Origin: an uncultured delta proteobacterium | GTDB taxonomy: Bacteria; Desulfobacterota; Binatia; Binatales; Binataceae | NCBI GenBank assembly: GCA_963724765.1 | Contig: CAVRVY010000002.1 | Coordinates: forward strand, 352,001 to 416,000 | Length of the DNA: 64,000 nucleotides | Reading direction: 5' to 3' | In this document: positions 28,362 to 37,209 of the stretch, in pieces | Numbering within the stretch: the first letter of the stretch is position 1 | Layout of the letters: each line of letters opens with the position of its first letter | Position numbers and translations under genes: made by a program | The notes under the pieces: model-generated | Database searches by the model: none | Told to the model about the DNA's origin: nothing | What the model saw: only the letters and a program-made list of their open reading frames with translations

Positions 28362-29843
28362 CTACGAGGCGGCGCGCGCCGCGGCGCTCGCGCTGTGGCC
28401 GGCGATCCGGCCGAAGACCGCGCCCGACATCAGTCCCGAGCCGCCGGGATAGTTGTTATGGAACAGGCCGCCGACCATCTCGCCGCACGCGAACAGCCCC
28501 GGCATCGGATCCCAGTCGGTGCCGATCACCTGCGCGTGATCGCTGACCTTCACGCCGCCGAACGAGAACGTGATTCCGCCCGTCACCGGGTAGGCGTAGT
28601 AGGGCGGCGTGTCGAGCTTTTGCGCCCAGTTCGATTTCTTAAGCGCGAGGCCCTCTGTATGCATCCCGTCGCGCACGCCAGGGTTGAACGATCCCTTGCC
28701 GGCCGCGGCGTTGTACTCGCCCAGCGTGCGCGTCGCGGCCGTGCGATCGAGTCCGAGCTGAGCGACAAGGCCGTCGAGCGTGTCGGCGACGATCGGCCGG
28801 CCGGTTGCGTAGCGCGGCTCGAGCAGTGCAACGGCCTTGCTGTCGAAAATCTGCCAGCCGACCGTGCCCGGCTGATTGAGGATGGTCCCGCCGAACTTGG
28901 CGTAGGTGTAAAGGTTCTGGTCCTCGCCCTCGTCGACGAAGCGCTGGCCCAGCTTGTTGAGCATCACGCCGTAAACGTAGGAGAGGCGGTTGGTCTTGTC
29001 GGTAAGCTCGCGATCGCCGTAGGGCGGCGCCTCGGCGTCGATCGGTGTCGCATGGCATCCGCTCCATTGCCCCCACGGCATCGCGCCGATCTCCATCGCC
29101 ATGCGCAGCCCGTCGCCCTGGTTATGCCGGGTGCCGCGCACGCGCGCGTGATCCCACGGGCGGCCGAGATACTGCGCGCGCCACGCCATGTTGGCCTCGA
29201 AGCCGCCGCATCCGAGCACCACCGCGCCGGCGCTGATTTCGCGGATCCCGTCGGCGTCGCGCATCAAGACGCCGCAGATGCGCCCCTTGCGATCCTGCAC
29301 CAGGCGCTGCACCGGCGCGCCGTAACGGATTTCGACTCCCGCGCGGCGGGCGATGTTGAACCACATCCGCGAGAGCCCCACGCCCTCATGCGCGGCGCGC
29401 ACGATCGCGCCCTTGGGCCATTTGATCACGTTGCCGACGCGCACGCCGCTCAGCGACAGCGCGAGTTCGAAGGCCATCCCCTGCTCGGCCATCCAGCACA
29501 CCGTCTCGTAGGAGTTCGCGATCAGGATTTGTGAGAGCTCCGGGTCGGTGCGGCCGTCGGTCACGCGCATGAGGTCCTCGCGGAACGCGTCGGCGGGATA
29601 GGCCTCGATTCCCTCCATGAAGCCTGCGACCTCGCGCGCCTTGGGCACCAGGCGCAGCAGGTCGTCGGGACGGTTGAACGCGAAGCGGAACAGGCCGCCG
29701 CTGAAATGAGTGTTGCCGCCGCGGTCGTGCTCGGGGGCCTTTTCCAGCACCAGCACGCGCTCCGCGCCCGCGCCGCGCGCCGAGACACTGGCCGCGAGCG
29801 CTGCGTTGCCCGCTCCTATAACGATAACGTCGTATTCCGCCAT
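28362..29843 (-). CDS. FAD-dependent tricarballylate dehydrogenase (TcuA)-like flavoprotein, paralog 1
   Basis: GAGNAAL, RGGN, GGFEAN, GQRFVDEG, GITFSFGG, NYPGGSGLMSGAVFGR; AAGGAG RBS before ATG 29843. Confidence 0.85.
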   Translation of the reverse strand: MAEYDVIVIGAGNAALAASVSARGAGAERVLVLEKAPEHDRGGNTHFSGGLFRFAFNRPDDLLRLVPKAREVAGFMEGIEAYPADAFREDLMRVTDGRTDPELSQILIANSYETVCWMAEQGMAFELALSLSGVRVGNVIKWPKGAIVRAAHEGVGLSRMWFNIARRAGVEIRYGAPVQRLVQDRKGRICGVLMRDADGIREISAGAVVLGCGGFEANMAWRAQYLGRPWDHARVRGTRHNQGDGLRMAMEIGAMPWGQWSGCHATPIDAEAPPYGDRELTDKTNRLSYVYGVMLNKLGQRFVDEGEDQNLYTYAKFGGTILNQPGTVGWQIFDSKAVALLEPRYATGRPIVADTLDGLVAQLGLDRTAATRTLGEYNAAAGKGSFNPGVRDGMHTEGLALKKSNWAQKLDTPPYYAYPVTGGITFSFGGVKVSDHAQVIGTDWDPMPGLFACGEMVGGLFHNNYPGGSGLMSGAVFGRIAGHSASAAARAAS

Positions 29844-29995
29844 GACGCTCCTTCGCCTGTGTCTCGAATTCAACGCGATCATTGCACAAAAGGACACGCG
29901 CGCGAAAAGCCGCAACGCGTCGGTTCGCGCGCGCGTGTGGAGCGAGTCCGAAAAGCTTTTCTAATTCCTTTTTGTTATCTGAGGATTTTTCTTAT

Positions 29996-30030
29996 CCCTC
30001 CCCTTGTCCAAGGAGAGGGTAGGGGAGAGG
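29996..30030. repeat. REP-like palindrome CCCTCCCCTT-GTCC-AAGGAGAGGG-T-AGGGGAGAGG
   Basis: Hairpin with a duplicated purine arm in the divergent intergenic region; resembles CCCTCTCCC/GGGAGAGGG-type extragenic palindromes. Confidence 0.55.
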
Positions 30031-30051
30031 TCAGAAATCCCGGCGGGCGGA

Positions 30052-30057
30052 TATAAT
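30052..30057 (+). promoter_or_regulatory. Candidate sigma70 -10 box (TATAAT) upstream of the prpB-like gene
   Basis: Perfect hexamer about 60 bp before the ATG in high-GC context; no clear -35. Confidence 0.35.
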
Positions 30058-30114
30058 GCGTCTGGAGCGCGCCGGCGCAAGGCGCCGCGGGGATCTATTC
30101 AGGAGGGCATACGG

Positions 30115-31032
30115 ATGACGTGGCTGACGCAAGCGGATAGCGCGGCACCGGCGGGCGAGCGGCTGGCGAAGCTGTGGGAGCGGCCGGGCATCGTGATGAT
30201 TCCCGGCGCGCATAATGGCCTGGCCGCGATGCTCGCGCGGCGCGCGGGCTTCGAGGCGCTCTATCTCTCGGGCGCGGCGCTGAGCGCGAGCATGGGTCTC
30301 GCCGACCTCGGGGTCATGACCGTCGAGGAGCTGTCGATGTTTGCGCGGATGATCTGCCGCGCCGCAGGATTGCCGCTGATCGTCGATGCCGACACGGGCT
30401 ATGGCGGAATTCTCAACGTGATGCGCGTGGTGCGCGAGCTTGAAGACGCGGGCGCCGCGGCGATCCAGATCGAAGATCAGCTACTGCCGAAGAAGTGCGG
30501 TCATCTGAATGACAAGCTGCTCGCCGCGCCGGAAGAGGCGGCGGCGCGGATCGCGGCGGCGCGCCGCGCGCGCCGAAGCCTCCGCATAATCGCGCGCACT
30601 GACGCGGCAGCGTCGGAGGGAATCGACGGAGCGCTCAAGCGTGCGCGGCTTTACCTCGACGCAGGCGCCGACGCGATTTTTCCGGAGGCGCTGACCGACG
30701 CGGAGACGTTCCGGCGCTTCGCGCGCGAGATTCGCGCGCCGCTGCTCGCCAACATGACCGAGTTCGGCCGCACGCCGTATCTCACCGCGCAGCAGTTCGA
30801 GGAGTTCGGTTTCAAAATGGTTATCTGGCCGGTCTCGTCGCTGCGAGTCGCGGCCAAAGCGATCGGCGAGCTATATGCGGAGCTTAAGGCGAAGGGCACG
30901 GCGGAGGCGATGCTCGATCGGATGCAGACGCGCGCGGAGCTGTACGAGACGATCGGCTACAGCGACTACGAAAGCCTGGATGCGTCGGTCGCAGCCAGCG
31001 TCGTCCCGCCTGATCCGCGCGGGCGCCGCTAG
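30115..31032 (+). CDS. prpB: 2-methylisocitrate lyase (ICL/PEP mutase superfamily)
   Basis: YLSGA, DADTGYG, IEDQLLPKKCGHL, IIARTDA, LANMTEFGRTP, MQTRAELY; AGGAGG RBS before ATG 30115. Confidence 0.88.
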   Translation: MTWLTQADSAAPAGERLAKLWERPGIVMIPGAHNGLAAMLARRAGFEALYLSGAALSASMGLADLGVMTVEELSMFARMICRAAGLPLIVDADTGYGGILNVMRVVRELEDAGAAAIQIEDQLLPKKCGHLNDKLLAAPEEAAARIAAARRARRSLRIIARTDAAASEGIDGALKRARLYLDAGADAIFPEALTDAETFRRFAREIRAPLLANMTEFGRTPYLTAQQFEEFGFKMVIWPVSSLRVAAKAIGELYAELKAKGTAEAMLDRMQTRAELYETIGYSDYESLDASVAASVVPPDPRGRR

Positions 31033-31107
31033 GAGTGCGGGCAGTCGCTACACGATGCGATCGCGCTATACTCGCCCGCACCCTATCGATGACGGGAGTC
31101 GCGTTGG

Positions 31108-32598
31108 ATGCCTTTCTCTTATGACGTAGTCGTGGTCGGTGCGGGTAACGCCGCCCTGTGCGCGGCGCTCGCCGCGCGCGAGTCGGGCGTCAGCGTGCTG
31201 GTGCTGGAATGTGCGCCGCAAGCTGAGCGCGGCGGTAACAGCCGCTTCACCGCGGGCGCGATGCGCGTCGCTTATAGCGGTGTCGACGACCTCGCGCGCC
31301 TGATGCCCGACCTCACCGACGAGGACAAGGCGCGCACCGACTTCGGCGCCTATACCGAGGACCAGTTCTTCGACGACCTCGCGCGCGTCACGCAGTACCG
31401 CACTAACCCCGAGTTGGCCGAGCTGCTGGTTCGCCGCAGCTTCGAGACCATGATGTGGATGCGCACCAAGGGCGTGCGCTTTCAGCCGATCTATGGGCGG
31501 CAGGCGTTCAACGTCGGCGGACGCTTCAAGTTCTGGGGCGGGCTGACGGTCGAGGCGTGGGGCGGCGGGCCGGGCCTCGTCGACGCATTGCACGCGGGCG
31601 CGGCGCATCATGGAATCGAGATCTGGTATCAAAGCCGCGCGCTCGAACTCGAGCACGACGACAGCGGCGTGACCGGCGTCGCGATCCGGCGTGAGGGACA
31701 CACGATGATTGTCGGAGCCAAGGCCGTGGTGCTCGCCGCGGGCGGCTTCGAGGCCAACGCCGAGTGGCGCACACGCTACCTCGGTCCCGGGTGGGATCTC
31801 GCCAAGGTGCGCGGCACGCGTTTTAACACCGGCGACGGAATTCGGATGGCGCTGGAAATCGGCGCGATGCCCTACGGCAACTGGTCCGGATGCCATGCGG
31901 TGGGATGGGACCGCAACGCGCCCGAGTTCGGCGACTTAAGCGTCGGCGATGGCTTCCAGAAGCACAGCTACCCGTTCGGAATCATGGTCAACGGGCGCGG
32001 CCGGCGCTTCGTCGACGAAGGCGCCGACTTCCGCAATTACACTTACGCCAAGTATGGCCGCGTAGTTCTCGAGCAGCCGGGCCAGTTCGCCTGGCAGGTC
32101 TTCGATCGCAAGGTGACGCATCTGTTGCGCGACGAGTACCGCATCAAGCGCGTGACCAAGGTCAGTGCCGACACGCTCGAGGCGCTGGCGGGCAAGCTCG
32201 AGGACGTCGACGCGGCGGCTTTCCTGGACGAGGTCAAAACCTACAACGCCGCCGTCGACACCGGCGTCGAATTCAATCCGAATATCAAGGACGGGCGGCG
32301 CACCCGCGGCCTTGCGGTCGACAAGACCAACTGGGCCAACACGATCGACACGCTGCCGTTCGAGGCCTACGCGGTGACCTGCGGCGTCACATTCACGTTC
32401 GGCGGCCTGCGCGTCGATCAGCAGGCGCGCGTGATCAACACCGACGGCGATCCGATCGGCGGCCTGGCGGCGGCGGGCGAGCTGGTCGGCGGACTTTTTT
32501 ACTTCAACTATCCAGGCGGCACCGGCTTGATGTCGGGTTCCGTGTTCGGGCGAATCGCGGGGACCAGCGCCGCGCGCGCCTCGCTCGAGCGCAAGTGA
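31108..32598 (+). CDS. FAD-dependent tricarballylate dehydrogenase (TcuA)-like flavoprotein, paralog 2
   Basis: GAGNAALCAALAARE, RGGNSRFT, GGFEAN, GRRFVDEG, YAKYGR, NYPGGTGLMSGSVFGR. Confidence 0.87.
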   Translation: MPFSYDVVVVGAGNAALCAALAARESGVSVLVLECAPQAERGGNSRFTAGAMRVAYSGVDDLARLMPDLTDEDKARTDFGAYTEDQFFDDLARVTQYRTNPELAELLVRRSFETMMWMRTKGVRFQPIYGRQAFNVGGRFKFWGGLTVEAWGGGPGLVDALHAGAAHHGIEIWYQSRALELEHDDSGVTGVAIRREGHTMIVGAKAVVLAAGGFEANAEWRTRYLGPGWDLAKVRGTRFNTGDGIRMALEIGAMPYGNWSGCHAVGWDRNAPEFGDLSVGDGFQKHSYPFGIMVNGRGRRFVDEGADFRNYTYAKYGRVVLEQPGQFAWQVFDRKVTHLLRDEYRIKRVTKVSADTLEALAGKLEDVDAAAFLDEVKTYNAAVDTGVEFNPNIKDGRRTRGLAVDKTNWANTIDTLPFEAYAVTCGVTFTFGGLRVDQQARVINTDGDPIGGLAAAGELVGGLFYFNYPGGTGLMSGSVFGRIAGTSAARASLERK

Positions 32599-32622
32599 CT
32601 GCGTGCTCGGCGCCCCAATTCG

Positions 32623-34053
32623 CTACTTGCGGCTGTCCAGCAGGCGCGTGACGATGTCCTTGTATTCCCTGGCCATCGGCGAGCGGTAAAAGCGCTGGCG
32701 CGTGAAGTACGGGTCGCCCGCGTAGAACCATTCGTATTGCAACTGGCGGCTGCCGAACTGCTCGCCGATCATGTCCCACGCGAGTTTGAAGAGTTGCACG
32801 CGATCGCGCGCCGAGGCGTCCTTGCCGCGCAGATATTTTTCCAGGTAGCCGGCGATCTCGGGATTGGCGAAGTCCTTTTCGCTGGGCGTCATGATAAGGC
32901 CGCTGCCGCTGACCTCGCGGATAACCTGGATCGCGCGCACCTGGCATTGCGGGATCAGCACCCATAGCGTCGCCGCGACCGATCGATGCGCCAACTGCTC
33001 GCGCCTGGCGGTCGCGACCTCCTGCGCCGCCGCGCGCACCAATCCGCCCACCAGCTCGACGTTGGCGATAAGCTCGCCCAACTGCGCCTGCACGTGAACC
33101 GCTTCGGTGCGACCGATCGTCTCGGCGATCTGGCAGGCGAGGCCAGCTAGCAGCTTCAGCTTCGCCAGCCCGCGGATGCATCCCTGGAGCTGCGCATAAC
33201 CGGGTCGGCGCACCAGGATGCTGTTGAAGATCGCGATGTCGCGATAGATGAACATCCGCTCCCACGGCACCGTCACGTCGTCGAAAACCGCGAGCGAGTC
33301 TTCCTCGTCGTAGTGCGAGCTCAGCGGGCGGTCGAAATCGCCGCGGCCAGTGTCGTAGGGCTCACGGCAGACGAACTTGAGACCCGGCGCGCCGCACGGG
33401 ATCGCGAAACAGAGCGTGTAGTCCTCCTCGCCCTCGCGCCGCGGATAAAACGGGCCTACCCATAGCTCGTTGGCGAAGGGCGCCAGCGTCGAGAGCATCT
33501 TGGCCCCGCGCACGACCACGCCCGCGTCGGTCTCGCGCACCACGCGGAGCACCAGGTAGGGGTCGGATTGCTCTGCCGGGCCGCGCGAGCGATCTACCTG
33601 CGGATCGACCAGCGTATGCGTCAGGCACCAGTCGCGCTCGCGGCATTCCTCGTAGTAGCGCCGCATGTTTTCGCCCAGGCGCGGGTCGCGCACGCCCAGG
33701 TCGGCGGCGCCGGCGGCGATATCGGTCAGCAACGCGTTGCAGAAATCCGGCATCCGCCCCATCAGGCCGTAAGTGAAATCGGCGCGCATCTGCTCGGCCC
33801 GGATGCGCTGCTCGACCTGCTCGACCGACCCGGCCATCAGGAAACTCGCCGCCACGCGATCGCCGCTTGTGGGCGAGCGAAAGGTCAGCTCCTCGGGATG
33901 CTCGTGCTGGAGGTCGTAGAGCGAGGCGAGCGTCGCGACGATGCCCTGAAACGGCGGATGAGCGGTCACGTCCTTGACCCGCTCGCCGCCGACGTAGACG
34001 ATGCGCTCGTCGCGCAGGCTCTCGACGAATTCCTTGCCGCTGCGGATTCCCAT
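32623..34053 (-). CDS. 4-hydroxyphenylacetate 3-hydroxylase (HpaB)-family flavin-dependent monooxygenase, oxygenase component
   Basis: GERVKDVTAHP, GLMGRMPD, HTLVDPQVDR, GVVVRGAKMLST, FDDVTVPWER, FKLAWD...FGSRQ..YE. Confidence 0.9.
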   Translation of the reverse strand: MGIRSGKEFVESLRDERIVYVGGERVKDVTAHPPFQGIVATLASLYDLQHEHPEELTFRSPTSGDRVAASFLMAGSVEQVEQRIRAEQMRADFTYGLMGRMPDFCNALLTDIAAGAADLGVRDPRLGENMRRYYEECRERDWCLTHTLVDPQVDRSRGPAEQSDPYLVLRVVRETDAGVVVRGAKMLSTLAPFANELWVGPFYPRREGEEDYTLCFAIPCGAPGLKFVCREPYDTGRGDFDRPLSSHYDEEDSLAVFDDVTVPWERMFIYRDIAIFNSILVRRPGYAQLQGCIRGLAKLKLLAGLACQIAETIGRTEAVHVQAQLGELIANVELVGGLVRAAAQEVATARREQLAHRSVAATLWVLIPQCQVRAIQVIREVSGSGLIMTPSEKDFANPEIAGYLEKYLRGKDASARDRVQLFKLAWDMIGEQFGSRQLQYEWFYAGDPYFTRQRFYRSPMAREYKDIVTRLLDSRK

Positions 34054-34086
34054 CGCGTCTCCCGCCGTCCGCGTCTGGTGCGTCTC

Positions 34087-34599
34087 TTAGTGTGTCTGTT
34101 GGGCGCGGGCGAAGAAGGGCGCGAAATACTCGCGCAGGCTTGGCTCGTCGGAGGCGAAGTCAAGCTTGTCGAGTCCGAAGTACGGATCGCTCATCTTCGC
34201 GATCTCCTCGGGCGTGTTATCGACGTAGACCTCGAGCTGATTGCCGTCGGGATCGAGAAAATAGATGCTCCGCGTCACGCCGTGATTGACGGTGAAGCTG
34301 ATCGGCACGCCGCGCTGCTTGAACTCGCGATAGGCGGCGAGCAAATCCTCGGCGCTCTTGAGGCGGAAGGCGCAATGCGCGAGCCCCACGTCCCCCGGCT
34401 TGGGCGCGCCGGCGCCCTCGCCGACCTCGGCCAGAGCGATCTCGTGATGGTCGCGGCGATTGCTCGCCAGGAACACCATCTTGATCTCCGGCAGCTCCTT
34501 CATCACTTCGAGCCCCAGGACTTCAGTGTAGAAGGGGCGCGAACGCTCGAGGCTGCGCACCTTGAGTACGATGTGGCCGATCCGATCTGGACGAATCAT
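34087..34599 (-). CDS. VOC-family metalloenzyme (glyoxalase / extradiol dioxygenase-like)
   Basis: IGHIVLKV, HHEIAL, GLAHCAF, HGVTRSIYFLDPDGNQLE; GGAGG RBS before ATG 34599. Confidence 0.88.
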   Translation of the reverse strand: MIRPDRIGHIVLKVRSLERSRPFYTEVLGLEVMKELPEIKMVFLASNRRDHHEIALAEVGEGAGAPKPGDVGLAHCAFRLKSAEDLLAAYREFKQRGVPISFTVNHGVTRSIYFLDPDGNQLEVYVDNTPEEIAKMSDPYFGLDKLDFASDEPSLREYFAPFFARAQQTH

Positions 34600-34662
34600 C
34601 GCAATCCTCCTTCCGCTCGTGCGCTCGGCTAAACGCATGCAAGCGTTCGCCGGCACGCGCGC

Positions 34663-35802
34663 TCAGTGCAGGTTATAGAGCCGTTTCGCGCCGCCCGCCA
34701 GCACCGCGGCTTCGGTCTCGGGCGGCATCCCCATCTTCTTGATCATTTTGGCCGCGCCCCAAAACCCGTCCAGATGCGGATAGTCGGTCGCCCACAGGAT
34801 GGTATCGGCGCCCAGGTAATCCGCGAGCAGCTTGAGGCTCCTTTCGACCGGCTCGAACGAGATGAAGCACTGGCGGCGATAGATCTCGCTCGGGCGCATC
34901 GAGAGCCCCGTGTCGTTCATGCCCTTGTCGTCGTAATGCCGATCCATCCGATCGAGCCATCCCGCCATCCAGCCGCCGCCCGATTCAAGGAAGGCGACGC
35001 GCAGGCGCGGAAACTTGTCGCACACTCCGCACATGATCATGCTGGTCGATGCCGCGATCATCTCGAACGTATGCGCGACCGCGTGGCGCACTGCGCCGCC
35101 GCGCTTGAACCGATCCATCGCGAGCGTCTCCTGACCGCTCTCGGAGCCGCCGTGGATGCCGATGGCGAAGTCGAGTTCCTGCGCCTCCTCCCATAGCGGA
35201 TAGTAGTCGCGGTCGTGGAGCGGGCGGTCGTTATACGGATTAGGCCGCACGAAGCCGGTGCGAAACCCCAGTTCGCGCCGGACGAAACGCAGTTCGTCGA
35301 TGATTTGTGGGACCGATGACTGCATCGGCAGCATCGCCGCGCCAAACAGCCGGTCGGGGTAGGGCTTGCAGTAATCCGCGAGCCAGCGGTTGTAGGCGCG
35401 GCAGGCCGCCGCCGCGGCGTCCGGGTCTTTCATCCCGCCCAGGAACAGGCCCAGGCTCGGGTAGAGGAAGGCGGCGTCGATTCCTTCGCGGTCCATGTCG
35501 ACGATGCGCGCGTGCGGATCGAAACCGCCCTTGCGCCCTTCGAGGTACGGCATGCGCGTGTCGACCTCGCCGTCGCGCGAGCCGATCGAGCCGAGCACGC
35601 CGAGCGTCGCTGGCTCCTTGCCGCGGCGCCGCAGGCCGAAGTCGAAGCTTTCGTCGACGAAGAAGCTCTCGTTGCCTTCGGCGTCGATGACGAGCTTGGG
35701 GCAGTGGTCGCGGTACTTGGGGTCGATGTACCGTTCCCACAGATCGGGCGGCTCCAGAATGTGGCCGTCCGCGTCGATGACGTTGTATATACGGGCCCTC
35801 AC
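34663..35802 (-). CDS. Amidohydrolase_2-family metal-dependent hydrolase/decarboxylase
   Basis: DADGHILEP, AYNRWLADYC, IGIHG, AFLESGGGW, WATDYPH; GAGGTG RBS before GTG 35802. Confidence 0.9.
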   Translation of the reverse strand: MRARIYNVIDADGHILEPPDLWERYIDPKYRDHCPKLVIDAEGNESFFVDESFDFGLRRRGKEPATLGVLGSIGSRDGEVDTRMPYLEGRKGGFDPHARIVDMDREGIDAAFLYPSLGLFLGGMKDPDAAAAACRAYNRWLADYCKPYPDRLFGAAMLPMQSSVPQIIDELRFVRRELGFRTGFVRPNPYNDRPLHDRDYYPLWEEAQELDFAIGIHGGSESGQETLAMDRFKRGGAVRHAVAHTFEMIAASTSMIMCGVCDKFPRLRVAFLESGGGWMAGWLDRMDRHYDDKGMNDTGLSMRPSEIYRRQCFISFEPVERSLKLLADYLGADTILWATDYPHLDGFWGAAKMIKKMGMPPETEAAVLAGGAKRLYNLH

Positions 35803-35894
35803 ATACACCTCGTTGCGGAAGACGTTATGTTTGAAGCTTAGCAAAGCGCCGCGCGCCGGGTATACAGAATGTAGCGATCTGCGTGGCGTGCCGG

Positions 35895-37019
35895 TCAGCC
35901 CCAGATCTCGCGCGCGACCTCCACGCACAGCCGGATTTTCGCCGCCTCGTCCTCGACCGTGACCTTGTTGCCCGGCGCCGTGCTGGCGAAACCGCATTGT
36001 GGGCTTAGCGAGAGCTGGTCGAGGCCGATATATTTCGCGGCCTCGTCGATACGCATCTTGAGCAGCTCCTTGGGTTCGAGCTCGGGGAACTTGGAGCTGA
36101 TCAGTCCCAGCACGACGGTCTTGTGCCTGGGCACCAGGCGCAGCGGCTCGAAAGTGCCGGCGCGCGGCGTGTCGTATTCGAGGAAATAGGAATCGACGTT
36201 GATCTTGTTGAACAGCGTGTCGGCGACCAGGTCGTAGCCGCCCTCGGCGCTCCAGTGGCTCTGATTGTTGCCGCGGCAGATATGCATCGCGAGATGCAGC
36301 CCGGCCGGGCGTCCCGCGAACGCCGCGTTCATGATCTCGGGGTAGGTTTCGAGCAGGAGCTTGCGGCCGTCGTCGCCGCGGCGCGCAAGATACGTCCAGC
36401 TCGAGGTGTCACTCAGCGAGGCAAGCGTAGTCTCGTCGATCTGCACGTAACGGCATCCGGCCTCGTAAAGCGCGGCAAGCTCCTTGCGAAAGGCGTCGAC
36501 CACGTCCTCCCAGAAAAGATCGAGCTCGGGATACGCCTCGCGGCTGATATGCTCGCGCCCGGAGCGGAGATGCAGAATGGTGGGTGAGGGGATGGTCATC
36601 TTGGGCGTGCGCGAGGTGAGCGAGCGGAGAAACTTGAACTCGGCGGCGTGAATCGGCGCCTTCCATTTGAGCCGCGCCTCGACGGTCGGAATTATCAGCG
36701 GCAGCTTGTGCCCCTGGCGATCGACGAAGGCCCATTCCTGACCCGAGGTGTCGTAGGTTGCAGAGACCCCGCCCAGTCCGCCGTAAAAGCCCATGTAAAA
36801 TACCGCGCGCCGGTACTCGCCGTCGGTTATCGATTGGAGTCCGAGGCTTTCCTGGAAGTTGACCACGTCGCGAATCGCGGCGTCCTCGACCGCGCGGAGA
36901 TCCGTGGCGGAAAGTTTGCCGGCTTCGCGATCGGCGCGCGCGCTCAACAGTTGCGGCGGTCTAAGGAAACTGCCGACGTGATCGGCGCGAAACGGCGGAT
37001 TGTGCGGTGCGGACGCCAT
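35895..37019 (-). CDS. Cobalamin-independent methionine synthase C-terminal-domain-like (MetE-like/YxjH-type) zinc enzyme
   Basis: ADHVGSFLRP, TDGEYRR, Zn-ligand motifs HICRGN, LEYD, SPQCGFAS; single barrel only (374 aa). Confidence 0.88.
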   Translation of the reverse strand: MASAPHNPPFRADHVGSFLRPPQLLSARADREAGKLSATDLRAVEDAAIRDVVNFQESLGLQSITDGEYRRAVFYMGFYGGLGGVSATYDTSGQEWAFVDRQGHKLPLIIPTVEARLKWKAPIHAAEFKFLRSLTSRTPKMTIPSPTILHLRSGREHISREAYPELDLFWEDVVDAFRKELAALYEAGCRYVQIDETTLASLSDTSSWTYLARRGDDGRKLLLETYPEIMNAAFAGRPAGLHLAMHICRGNNQSHWSAEGGYDLVADTLFNKINVDSYFLEYDTPRAGTFEPLRLVPRHKTVVLGLISSKFPELEPKELLKMRIDEAAKYIGLDQLSLSPQCGFASTAPGNKVTVEDEAAKIRLCVEVAREIWG

Positions 37020-37066
37020 ACGATACCTCCCGTCCGGAGACTCGACGCGTTGCGGCGCGTGATCGA

Positions 37067-37094
37067 TTCGATGATCCGATTTCGATGATCCGAT
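37067..37094 (+). repeat. 14-bp tandem direct repeat TTCGATGATCCGAT x2 in a divergent promoter region
   Basis: Read directly: 37067-37080 and 37081-37094. Confidence 0.7.
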
Positions 37095-37209
37095 TCGCTT
37101 GTAATACTAAGACTCAACGCGTGCGATTGAAAACCGGTTGCGCCCGCTTGCGCGGCGAGTCTGGCGCGATGAACTCTACATCGATGAGCTTGCACGCTGA
37201 GTCTGACTA

